Shown: in pieces, positions 9,299 to 16,610 of the stretch | Layout: each line of letters opens with the position of its first letter | How positions within the stretch are numbered: the first letter of the stretch is position 1 | IMG/VR virus record: IMGVR_UViG_3300048577_000214 | Coordinates: 1-29,010 of that record | Length of the DNA: 29,010 nucleotides | Strand: one strand, 5' to 3' | Source of the DNA: a virus | Lineage: Duplodnaviria > Caudoviricetes | Program-made: the position numbers and the translations under genes | The notes under the pieces: generated by a model | The model's database searches: none | Told to the model about the DNA's origin: nothing | The model's input: the letters and a program-made list of their open reading frames with translations, nothing else

Positions 9299-9918
9299 TC
9301 CCCGTCATCCTCCAGATCGCTCTCATCCAGCGGATCGTCATCCTGCACATCATCCGCCCATTTCCGCAGTTCGCTCTCGGGGACGTGCTTGAGGTCCTTA
9401 TTGGTCGGATCCCGCCGGTCATCCACCTGGATGCGCTGGTTGTAGTCGCCCATCATCTCCAGGGCGATCTTGCGGTCCTGGTGACTCTTGTAGTTGGGGC
9501 TGGATGCGCTCTCGATTAAGGCCTCGAAGATCTCCGCCCGGTGCTCGAATAACTCATTGCTTTGCAGTTGAGCGATCAGTAGATCGATTTCAGGGTATTT
9601 TTGCCGCAGGCTGATCAGCACCCGGTCGCTCGTCAGTCCCAATACATCCCTGGCCAGCGCTTCCTGAGTTTTTGGGACTCGCTTGGCCTTGGGGACGCTC
9701 GCCCAGGCCACATACACCGCCACCCGCCATGGGACGCGATGCCTGGCCAGCCGTTTGTACTGCTGGTACCACTCGTACCCTTCGGCTTTATCATCCGCGG
9801 CGCCGATCAGCGTCTCAAACGCCGTCCTGGCCGCCGCCGAGATCTCCTCCGGATCTAAATCGTGGACCGCCTTGGCGAACCCATCCAGTTGTAACTGCGT
9901 CAAACGCTCAACCGCCAT
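9295..9918 (-). CDS. Probable terminase small subunit (HTH)
   Basis: Directly upstream of terL with ATGA overlap; HTH-like 'PKTQEALARDVLGLTSDRVL'; acidic tail. Confidence 0.7.
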   Translation of the reverse strand: MAVERLTQLQLDGFAKAVHDLDPEEISAAARTAFETLIGAADDKAEGYEWYQQYKRLARHRVPWRVAVYVAWASVPKAKRVPKTQEALARDVLGLTSDRVLISLRQKYPEIDLLIAQLQSNELFEHRAEIFEALIESASSPNYKSHQDRKIALEMMGDYNQRIQVDDRRDPTNKDLKHVPESELRKWADDVQDDDPLDESDLEDDGE

Positions 9919-9930
9919 ATCACACCTGCC

Positions 9931-10167
9931 CTACTTGAGCACCAACGACATCACATAGGTGATCACCGCCAGCGCCACCGCGCTGGCTAGAAACGTCATG
10001 ATTTTGTTGTAGACCGTCTGCCGGGTAACCAGGTCGCGGATCTCACTGAACTGCTTGACAATCCCCTGGTCCGGGCAGTCCTTCGGGCCGAAGAGGACCT
10101 GGTGATGGACTGCCACCTGGCCCTCCAACTCATCAACGCGCGCTGGGATGTCGGCCATATCGATCAC
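9931..10167 (-). CDS. Small coiled-coil protein with C-terminal membrane anchor (lysis-associated?)
   Basis: 78 aa; hydrophobic C-term 'IMTFLASAVALAVITYVMSLVL'; overlaps the holin-like stop. Confidence 0.6.
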   Translation of the reverse strand: MIDMADIPARVDELEGQVAVHHQVLFGPKDCPDQGIVKQFSEIRDLVTRQTVYNKIMTFLASAVALAVITYVMSLVLK

Positions 10168-10658
10168 CCCGAGAAAGTCTTGCCAATGATCGGCAGCCCG
10201 CGGATCAGTTTGTAGATCTGCTTGCTCCCGATGATCTGTGTCAGGTAACCCAGCGCAAACACTCCCAGGGTCGCCAGCCGTGCGGCTTGCTCATCTAAAA
10301 TCGCCGTTGTGATCTGCGGATTAAATACTTTGATCGCCGCCAGGGTCACAAATGCCACCAGGTTGAGGACCGCGATCCAGGTATCCGATGTCCCATCCGC
10401 CACCCATCCGATCAGCTTGAGCAGGTTGACCAGCACGGTGATCACCCCGGCCACACCCACCAGACCGCCGAACGAAAGCGCCAGGTCCAGGACCACCTGC
10501 AGGGTGTCCGGCCGTTGGACCGCCGTCTGCCCCACCCCCGTGGATGCCATCACCGGCGCCGCCAGCACCACCAGCAGCCCCAGGCAGATCATCCCCGCCA
10601 AAACCGTCTTACGAAAATACCGTCTCATCCCAAACATGCTGTTCTCCTTTTTTCTCAT
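10164..10658 (-). CDS. Holin-like multi-pass membrane protein (alternative start 10637)
   Basis: Four hydrophobic segments and basic C-terminus; first gene of the late operon; two RBS-equipped ATGs. Confidence 0.55.
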   Translation of the reverse strand: MRKKENSMFGMRRYFRKTVLAGMICLGLLVVLAAPVMASTGVGQTAVQRPDTLQVVLDLALSFGGLVGVAGVITVLVNLLKLIGWVADGTSDTWIAVLNLVAFVTLAAIKVFNPQITTAILDEQAARLATLGVFALGYLTQIIGSKQIYKLIRGLPIIGKTFSG

Positions 10659-10667
10659 TCCCCTCTC

Positions 10668-10710
10668 CCCTCTCTGTGCCCTCTGTGATCTCTGTGGTGA
10701 AAAAGGTTTT
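10668..10710. repeat. Short dispersed repeat (CTCTGTGNN)n-GTGAAAA, copy 2
   Basis: ctctgtgcc-ctctgtgat-ctctgtggt-gaaaaagg: three 9-nt units. Confidence 0.75.
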
Positions 10711-10714
10711 CAGG

Positions 10715-10810
10715 GGTTAAACGCGAAACGCCCACCACATCGTGGGATCAAATCCCTTGATGTGGTGGGCGCTCAACTCCACCGATGGCCAGAACTACAT
10801 CCGGCCTGCA
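10715..10810 (-). ncRNA. Structured 5' leader RNA of the late operon (candidate attenuator / cis-regulatory motif)
   Basis: Minus strand: GGCCGGA/TCTGGCC hairpin, then long stem GAGCGCCCACCACATC...GATGTGGTGGGCGTTT with inner GGGAT/ATCCC. Confidence 0.5.
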
Positions 10811-10816
10811 AAGATA

Positions 10817-10845
10817 ATTTTAAGACACCTTAAAGCTCATGTCAA
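10817..10845 (-). promoter_or_regulatory. Sigma70 late-operon promoter
   Basis: TTGACA (10845-10840) - 17 bp - TAAAAT (10822-10817). Confidence 0.8.
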
Positions 10846-10915
10846 TAGCCAAACTAGATCACGAGTTACCTATCCTTGTTAGTTGTGTCGTTTTCGGAAC
10901 ACTTTGCCAAACCTG

Positions 10916-10943
10916 TTGCATTATACACGATAACGTGTATAAT
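10916..10943 (+). promoter_or_regulatory. Sigma70 promoter overlapped by a perfect palindromic operator
   Basis: TTGCAT (10916-10921) - 16 bp - TG-TATAAT (-10 at 10938-10943); ATTATACACG-ataa-CGTGTATAAT inverted repeat at 10920-10943. Confidence 0.8.
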
Positions 10944-11000
10944 ATATACATAAGGCGAAATCAACCCTAACAGGGGATATAGACAAAAGGAGAAACTAAA

Positions 11001-11360
11001 ATGTATGTCAAATATGGCATTAAGGTTGTTGGGAAGATTATGACTGATCGGTCTATGACCATTGGCGAAGCGTTGGATCTGATTGGGATTGATCCAAACG
11101 AGACAGATGGCGGCGATCCCGTTTGGGATTATGGCTTATTCGAAATGGATTACGGCGAAGATCCCGGTACAATATCGCTCGACAATGGCCTGTCAGTCGC
11201 TACTCCCGAAGAAGCTATCAAGGAAATGGACTGGGAAACCATCGTCAACTCAATGGACGATGAAGTACGCGAGGAAGTGCATATGGACAAGGCTCCTTGT
11301 TCCAATTTGGAGTTCTTGACTGCTTATCTGTCAACTGGCAACAGTATCATTATTGGATAA
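11001..11360 (+). CDS. Acidic two-domain protein, candidate anti-CRISPR with C-terminal AcrIC5-like domain
   Basis: AAGGAG RBS; 25 D/E vs 7 K/R; 'MDWETIVNSMDDEVREEVH....PCSNLEFLTAY' resembles the AcrIC5 core as I recall it (IDFDAAVNLMDAELREELH...DQEFLDAY). Confidence 0.6.
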   Translation: MYVKYGIKVVGKIMTDRSMTIGEALDLIGIDPNETDGGDPVWDYGLFEMDYGEDPGTISLDNGLSVATPEEAIKEMDWETIVNSMDDEVREEVHMDKAPCSNLEFLTAYLSTGNSIIIG

Positions 11361-11381
11361 AAGGCTGGGAGAAAGCCCAAA

Positions 11382-11804
11382 ATGAAACTATCTTACACAG
11401 ACATCCTCGGAGATAGCAAACAGCACATCATCAACGCCGAAATTACCACCGATCACCCCGCGTCCAGCTACAATCAGCCGGTGATCGTAATGGATGATGG
11501 CGGTGCGCTCGATGCCAATAGTTGGATCCTGCTCAATTACCAGGTCGTCAAAGCCACCCCTGCCGAGATGGGAATGCTGAAAAAATGGATCAGCCTGGTC
11601 TACATGATGCTCGGTGTCAGCAAGCAGGCCGAGTACCTGACCGTCTCACAGGCCGCCGAAGAGACTGGCCTCAGCGCGGCCCACATCCGCCGGATGATCG
11701 GCTCCGGGCAGATCCCGGCCACCAAACAGGGCCATGACTGGATGATAATCTCTGATGAGGTCCAAAAAATCCACCGGCGCCGAAACAAGAAATCCCCCCA
11801 ATAG
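11382..11804 (+). CDS. Unknown N-terminal domain fused to HTH_17/excisionase-like DNA-binding domain (candidate Aca-like autorepressor)
   Basis: C-term 'YLTVSQAAEETGLSAAHIRRMIGSGQIPATKQGHDWMI' is a clear HTH_17 pattern; last gene of an operon with a palindromic operator. Confidence 0.7.
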   Translation: MKLSYTDILGDSKQHIINAEITTDHPASSYNQPVIVMDDGGALDANSWILLNYQVVKATPAEMGMLKKWISLVYMMLGVSKQAEYLTVSQAAEETGLSAAHIRRMIGSGQIPATKQGHDWMIISDEVQKIHRRRNKKSPQ

Positions 11805-11824
11805 CCATCTAAATTCTGAAAACG

Positions 11825-11866
11825 AAACAACGTACACCCCGGGAAATCCCGGGGTGTACGTTGTTT
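11825..11866. terminator. Long perfect hairpin between convergent genes (probable bidirectional terminator)
   Basis: AAACAACGTACACCCCGGGA-AA-TCCCGGGGTGTACGTTGTTT, 20-bp arms. Confidence 0.85.
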
Positions 11867-12147
11867 TACGGCATCGATGTCCTCAACACTTTTTTGAACT
11901 CCCCATCAGTGTTGTACCGCCTCCGCACCGCCTCGGTCACCAGCGTGTCCCTGGGGACGACCATCCCCGTGTACGCCCACAAATACGAGTACCCCACCCT
12001 GATCACCTCCGTGGGCGCCGGCCCACCCGCCGTAATCGCCTCCGCCTCTTCCTTTGTTTCCACAAACACCAGCGAGGTCCCACCCACCGGGCTTGCCCCC
12101 AGCACAAAATACCCCGCCTGGCACTTCTTGATCTTCCGCTCTTCCAT
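11866..12147 (-). CDS. Hypothetical protein (93 aa, MEERKIKK...)
   Basis: ATG at 12147 with GGAGGT RBS (12152-12157); ends at the hairpin. Confidence 0.65.
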   Translation of the reverse strand: MEERKIKKCQAGYFVLGASPVGGTSLVFVETKEEAEAITAGGPAPTEVIRVGYSYLWAYTGMVVPRDTLVTEAVRRRYNTDGEFKKVLRTSMP

Positions 12148-12161
12148 CCCCACCTCCAAAT

Positions 12162-12184
12162 AAAAAAAGCCGGGTTTCCCCGGC
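12162..12184 (-). terminator. Rho-independent terminator
   Basis: GCCGGG-GAAA-CCCGGC-TTTTTTT on the minus strand. Confidence 0.85.
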
Positions 12185-12210
12185 AACTACCAATAAATAT
12201 TTCAACCAGA

Positions 12211-12239
12211 ATTATAGCTTATCCGTTCTATATTGACAA
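12211..12239 (-). promoter_or_regulatory. Sigma70 promoter with degenerate LexA-like box in the spacer
   Basis: TTGTCA (12239-12234) - 17 bp - TATAAT (12216-12211); contains TAGAAC-GGAT-AAGCTA. Confidence 0.6.
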
Positions 12240-12253
12240 GTGAATAGAAAATG

Positions 12254-12514
12254 TCATATCCTCACTCCCTCGCATCTCCGTAGTGGACGGATACCCTGGT
12301 CCTCTCCCCGGCCCTCAACCACACCCGGGTACAGCCCATCCGCCAGCACCACCACCCCGGGCGGCAGCGTCCCCAGCCTCAGCTGCATCTCCAGCTCCCC
12401 CCTGGGCATCCGCTGGATATGGCGGATGTAGTCCAGGCATTCCTCCCTGTCCAAACCCGCCATCTCCACATACCCCACAAACCGCACCCCATTCAGTCCC
12501 CGCGGATTGGTCAT
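12254..12514 (-). CDS. Hypothetical protein (MTNPRG...)
   Basis: ATGA coupling to upstream small ORF; 86 aa. Confidence 0.55.
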   Translation of the reverse strand: MTNPRGLNGVRFVGYVEMAGLDREECLDYIRHIQRMPRGELEMQLRLGTLPPGVVVLADGLYPGVVEGRGEDQGIRPLRRCEGVRI

Positions 12515-12633
12515 AGCTGCCCCCATTCCAAAATCTTCAGATACACCCACACCACCGGCCAGAGCAGCCACATCCACCCCACCCCGGCCTCCTCCCGCCT
12601 CAGCTCCTCCGCCGTCTCACCCACCCACGGCAT
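12511..12633 (-). CDS. Small Trp-rich membrane peptide (40 aa, below ORF-track cutoff)
   Basis: GAGGT RBS; MPWVGETAEELRREEAGVGWMWLLWPVVWVYLKILEWGQL; stop overlaps next ATG. Confidence 0.55.
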   Translation of the reverse strand: MPWVGETAEELRREEAGVGWMWLLWPVVWVYLKILEWGQL

Positions 12634-12640
12634 AATTACC

Positions 12641-13525
12641 TCAGATCGTGCATAACTTGCTGATCAAATCCACCACTGCACAGGTCCGGCAGTTGGTCAC
12701 ATTAGCCACCGAATACAACGGGTAGTCAGTACAGGTTTTCTCGACTGCCGCGGTGAATTGGCTCCAGGGAGGAAGGATCCCGGCCTGGCTGAGCGCATTC
12801 CAGTGGTTATCCTGGATGATCTCTTTTTCCACCTTTCTGGAAACATCAAAAGCAGGAATATCATGCTCTGCTCTCTTCTCCACATTGGAAAGATCTCTCT
12901 TCTTAGGAACCATCCCTTCACCATAGGATGCGGATATCCGGTTACAAATATTCTTGATCCCCGCGGCGCCCACCTTCCGCTTCACAAACCCTCTGACAAT
13001 ATCGATCCGCTCATCATCTGGTAGGCCTTTTATTGCGGTGATCACCTGCCAGAGGACCGGCAGCATCCCTTCAGCATAATATTGCTGGATCTCTGGCTCC
13101 AAACTGGTGATCGCTGCTAGAGTCCTGATCACTGGCTCCGACCGACCAAATTCCCTGGATAATTCCGCGAACGATTTGCCGTTTTCGATCATTCTGGCAA
13201 ACGCCTTACCCTCCTCGAGCGGGTTCATTTGTTTTCTCTGCAGGTTACCAATGGCTGCCATCTCAAGTAGCTTCTGATCGGTCTGTCCATGATTTGGCTT
13301 GATAACCAGGTTGACCTCGATGGCGTCCAGTCCTGCGATCTGGCAGGCTCTCAACCGTCGCTCACCGTCAACCAGCACAAAATGGCCATCCTCCCGATAA
13401 ACGCTGATGGGGTTTATCAATCCAACATCCAGGATGGATCTGGCCATGGCTTCCAACCCGTCCTGATCGAAATCAATTCTGGGTTGTTGCGGATTTGGAA
13501 TAACTTGATCAATGGGGATTTTCAT
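12641..13525 (-). CDS. ParB/Spo0J-family protein
   Basis: 'PNPQQPRIDFD', 'SILDVGLINPISV', 'LVDGERRLRA', 'NLQRKQMNPLEE', HTH, and Cys-containing C-term. Confidence 0.9.
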   Translation of the reverse strand: MKIPIDQVIPNPQQPRIDFDQDGLEAMARSILDVGLINPISVYREDGHFVLVDGERRLRACQIAGLDAIEVNLVIKPNHGQTDQKLLEMAAIGNLQRKQMNPLEEGKAFARMIENGKSFAELSREFGRSEPVIRTLAAITSLEPEIQQYYAEGMLPVLWQVITAIKGLPDDERIDIVRGFVKRKVGAAGIKNICNRISASYGEGMVPKKRDLSNVEKRAEHDIPAFDVSRKVEKEIIQDNHWNALSQAGILPPWSQFTAAVEKTCTDYPLYSVANVTNCRTCAVVDLISKLCTI

Positions 13526-13532
13526 TTTTATC

Positions 13533-13817
13533 CTACCTGTTGAATAATTGGAAGAATTTTTTTACGATAACGATCAACCCCACAAAAATTCCATATTTCT
13601 GGCTGCATTGGCTGCAGAGATTGTCGTCCACCCAGTAGCATCCGCCCGGACAGGCCCGCATGGTCGTACAATGGCAGATGACACACTCACCTTCGTTGAG
13701 ACCAGAAATATCTGAGATAGCCTCATTCTCCATCATGCAACTATCGCAGATCCACCCATCTTCGGTCTGGCTAATTTCATCTGGTTCAACATCCCAATGA
13801 CATTGTTCACAAATCAT
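13533..13817 (-). CDS. Cys-rich zinc-binding phage protein
   Basis: CEQC, CDSC, CVICHCT..RACPGGCYWVDDNLCSQC; GGAGGG RBS. Confidence 0.7.
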   Translation of the reverse strand: MICEQCHWDVEPDEISQTEDGWICDSCMMENEAISDISGLNEGECVICHCTTMRACPGGCYWVDDNLCSQCSQKYGIFVGLIVIVKKFFQLFNR

Positions 13818-13827
13818 TTCCCCTCCC

Positions 13828-14334
13828 TTATTCCGCCAGGTGGATCAGCAACTGCCTGCTGCTCTCAGTCAGATACACCGGGTCACCCCGCCACTCCGCC
13901 TGCGTGATGATCCCCCGCTCCATCATGCTGTCCAAATTGCCAAAGATCAGTGTTAGGTGCCTGATCCCTAAACCCGGCCATCTCACCAGCATGAGCATCA
14001 CCAACAGGTCAGAAGCATTAAAATATTGCCCGGTTATCTTTCTCGCCTTACGTGCAAACGACATGGTCGAATGCTCCTCCAGTCGCCCCAGTTGTTCCTC
14101 ACTCAATACCGCCGGCTCTGGGCCATCTCGTTTGATCCGCTGTGCTCGTTGGTACACATCCTCGCCATGCACTGTCAACGTTCCATCTACCCCAATCAGA
14201 TCAGCCATAATCATGCGGGTCGAGCCGTGCATATCCCTACCCAGCCCTCCTTCCGCCGCCTGGCGCACCAGCTCGAAATGCGCCTGCGTCAAATCGCAGT
14301 ACATCATGATTTGATCCTCAAATTCCTTTTCCAT
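13828..14334 (-). CDS. Hypothetical protein, possible winged-helix domains
   Basis: Start MEKEF with AGGAGG RBS; 'LDSMMERGII...VYLTESSRQLL' resembles a winged helix. Confidence 0.6.
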   Translation of the reverse strand: MEKEFEDQIMMYCDLTQAHFELVRQAAEGGLGRDMHGSTRMIMADLIGVDGTLTVHGEDVYQRAQRIKRDGPEPAVLSEEQLGRLEEHSTMSFARKARKITGQYFNASDLLVMLMLVRWPGLGIRHLTLIFGNLDSMMERGIITQAEWRGDPVYLTESSRQLLIHLAE

Positions 14335-14345
14335 CGCCTCACCTC

Positions 14346-14996
14346 CTATCCGATTTTCAACACCTTGAACAAAATCACCCACACCCACGGATTTTGTTCG
14401 ACCGGATATTTCTTCCCGTTGATTTTGTCCCATAAAAGAAAAAATTCTTTTCTATAAACTTCTGGGTCGGAAGTCATTAATCTAACGTCATCTGCGGTGA
14501 ATATACCTTCAGCAATACAATCCGCAATGGTAATATCCTGTACCCGCTCCACCCGGATCCCGGTAATCTCCAGCAGGATCCGGCTGGCTATCCTCGGCAT
14601 AAACCTGGAGGACTTCCATACAGCATGATCTGGATCGTCTCTTAAATCCTTATCCCAGCCCGCCGGTGAATCGGGACCGCATTTCGGAGTTGCTCGGTAA
14701 TCGATCCACTTCTCACCATCAAATTCAGTCTCATCAACCGGGCACCACGTCTCTTTTACCCACAGCAAGTCCCCAACCTCGCCATATGGACAATGGATAT
14801 GGGCAAGCTCCAGGTATCCGCCGTTCGGGTTTTTCCCGTGGTTCCAGACCATGGCGTAATCATTATGCGACATGAGCTTTAATCCATCGCATCTCTGTTC
14901 AATATTCTTGACAACCCGCCTGGTCATGGACTTCCGACTATCGAGGATAGCCATCACCATCTCGGTGGTAAAACATATCGGCCTTTCTTTCATCAT
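14346..14996 (-). CDS. ASCH/PUA-like phage protein
   Basis: 'KERPICFTTEMVMAILDSRKSMTRR', 'CPYGEVGDLLWVKETW', 'MPRIASRILLEITGIRVERVQDI', 'NPWVWVI'. Confidence 0.85.
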   Translation of the reverse strand: MMKERPICFTTEMVMAILDSRKSMTRRVVKNIEQRCDGLKLMSHNDYAMVWNHGKNPNGGYLELAHIHCPYGEVGDLLWVKETWCPVDETEFDGEKWIDYRATPKCGPDSPAGWDKDLRDDPDHAVWKSSRFMPRIASRILLEITGIRVERVQDITIADCIAEGIFTADDVRLMTSDPEVYRKEFFLLWDKINGKKYPVEQNPWVWVILFKVLKIG

Positions 14997-15349
14997 CGCA
15001 TCTCCTCCCGATGGGTCAGTGCCCACACCAGCTCATCCGTTCCCATCTCCTCCAGAGACCGCCGGCGCCTGGCTGCTGCCTTGATCGCCCGCACCTCCTC
15101 CGGCAGATGGATGTGCCCGGTCCGCGGATCCACCTCCACCCATACCCGGTAGGGCAGTCCCAGCGTCTTGCAGGCCTTCGCGTCTGCCGGCATATGCCCA
15201 TCCACCACGATCATGTGGACCAAACCACCCGACACCCCAAACCGCTCTCCAACGGCCCGATATCCGCCCGCACGACGCAACTCTCGGTAAGCCTTTCTCA
15301 TGGCCCTCCTGAGTCTGTTGTAAGCCGCAACATATGCCCGCGACCTCAT
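14993..15349 (-). CDS. Basic HTH-like hypothetical protein
   Basis: 'GYRAVGERFGVSGGLVHMIV' HTH-like; ATGA overlaps on both sides. Confidence 0.6.
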   Translation of the reverse strand: MRSRAYVAAYNRLRRAMRKAYRELRRAGGYRAVGERFGVSGGLVHMIVVDGHMPADAKACKTLGLPYRVWVEVDPRTGHIHLPEEVRAIKAAARRRRSLEEMGTDELVWALTHREEMR

Positions 15350-15888
15350 TCCATTACCTCTTTTTCAACCTCTGCCGGCAGATCCCACATCCCCAACCCA
15401 CCCCTGGCATAAATCATTTTCGTGATCTTCCGGATGTTAATCAGGATCCACGCGTACCGCCCGGGTGCGTAATCCCCAAATGATTTTTCCGGCTCACCGG
15501 GAGGAATATCGATAACCAAGTCACCTTTTCCCGGTTCCACCTGTTCATTGAGATAACACTCAAATCGATATATTTCATTACTCCTGGATGAAATATATCG
15601 GGCCCGAGCGGGTGGAATATAAAGGCAGCCGACCAGCTCGCAGGTGGCCACTACTCTTCCCAGCGGGAAATCCGGGAAAGTTGGATAACCGTATTGGTCA
15701 TCGAGCAGCGTCGACCGGAATGGCTCTTGCTCGATGATCGAGTTCGCCCCGGTGATGTACATCCTGTTTTTGCCCGCGTGGATGGCCAGCGGTCCCCGGT
15801 AGTTGGTGTACCATGACCTGGTTTCAATCTGTTTTTTGCCCATGGCCACCAGTGTCGCCCATGGCTGATATAAGCTAATCGCTTTCAT
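15346..15888 (-). CDS. ASCH domain protein
   Basis: 'MKAISLYQPWATLVAMGKKQIETRSWYTNYRGPLAIHAGK', C-term 'ARGGLGMW'. Confidence 0.92.
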   Translation of the reverse strand: MKAISLYQPWATLVAMGKKQIETRSWYTNYRGPLAIHAGKNRMYITGANSIIEQEPFRSTLLDDQYGYPTFPDFPLGRVVATCELVGCLYIPPARARYISSRSNEIYRFECYLNEQVEPGKGDLVIDIPPGEPEKSFGDYAPGRYAWILINIRKITKMIYARGGLGMWDLPAEVEKEVME

Positions 15889-16463
15889 GATTGCCTCCGG
15901 GTCGGATCCAGGTACCATTCGCTGATCCCCAGTTGCCGGAGGATGTCCTCTTCAGTGTCATCATCCATCCGAACTCCAGGTTTCTCATACAACCCGTACC
16001 CAGCGCTGTATCTCAACCCCAATTTGATCGCCTCAGTCGCCAAGCGCCGGTTGAACTCTGCGGACCCGGTCCGGCATTGTAGCAACGCTCCCCAGTTGGA
16101 CCCGTCCGGCTCCACCAGGTAGATCTCAACCGGTATCCCACAACGCTCAAACTTGATGATCTTCCCGCCCGGTTTGAACTCATCCATTTTGGGCCCGATG
16201 GCCATCATATCCGCGTACTGTTTCACCAGGTCAACCAACTGGCTCGGGTACATCTCCCCGCTGCCTTCGCCAAACAGCACCGGCTGCCCGATGTCCTCAT
16301 ATTTCGGCCAGGCCACCAGGTCGATGTCATGCACGTATTTCACTTCCCGCCTGATCGACCCCGCGATCTCCATTTTATGGACCGCCGGCGCGAACACCTT
16401 CATCAGCTCCTGCGCCGTTCCCAGCGCCACTTGTCTCTCAAACGCCAAACCTCCATCACTCAT
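15885..16463 (-). CDS. Minimal DNA polymerase X-family nucleotidyltransferase (palm + thumb only)
   Basis: 'IAGSIRR', 'HDIDLV', 'TGSAEFNRRL', 'TEEDILRQLGI...P..R'. Confidence 0.85.
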   Translation of the reverse strand: MSDGGLAFERQVALGTAQELMKVFAPAVHKMEIAGSIRREVKYVHDIDLVAWPKYEDIGQPVLFGEGSGEMYPSQLVDLVKQYADMMAIGPKMDEFKPGGKIIKFERCGIPVEIYLVEPDGSNWGALLQCRTGSAEFNRRLATEAIKLGLRYSAGYGLYEKPGVRMDDDTEEDILRQLGISEWYLDPTRRQS

Positions 16464-16466
16464 ATC

Positions 16467-16610
16467 TCACCTCCAGACCAAAAAAACAAATGAAATGTAG
16501 ACCGTAATACTCCAGATTATGAAAATCAATCCAATCTTTATGGCCACCACCAGGCAGCTACGCGCGATCTGCGCTTGGCGCTCCTCCTTATCCACATCAA
16601 CTCGTGACAA
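16467..16610 (-). CDS. Small single-pass membrane peptide (47 aa, below ORF-track cutoff)
   Basis: TTG start with AGGAGGT RBS; MSRVDVDKEERQAQIARSCLVVAIKIGLIFIIWSITVYISFVFLVWR. Confidence 0.55.
   Translation of the reverse strand: MSRVDVDKEERQAQIARSCLVVAIKIGLIFIIWSITVYISFVFLVWR

Noticed and set aside
184-10833. Many long plus-strand ORFs across the late operon
   Set aside because: Shadow frames of GC-rich minus-strand genes; no RBS or motifs.
12233-12262. Plus-strand promoter TTGACA-18-TATCCT
   Set aside because: Suboptimal spacing and -10; the TTGACA is explained by overlap with the minus-strand -35.
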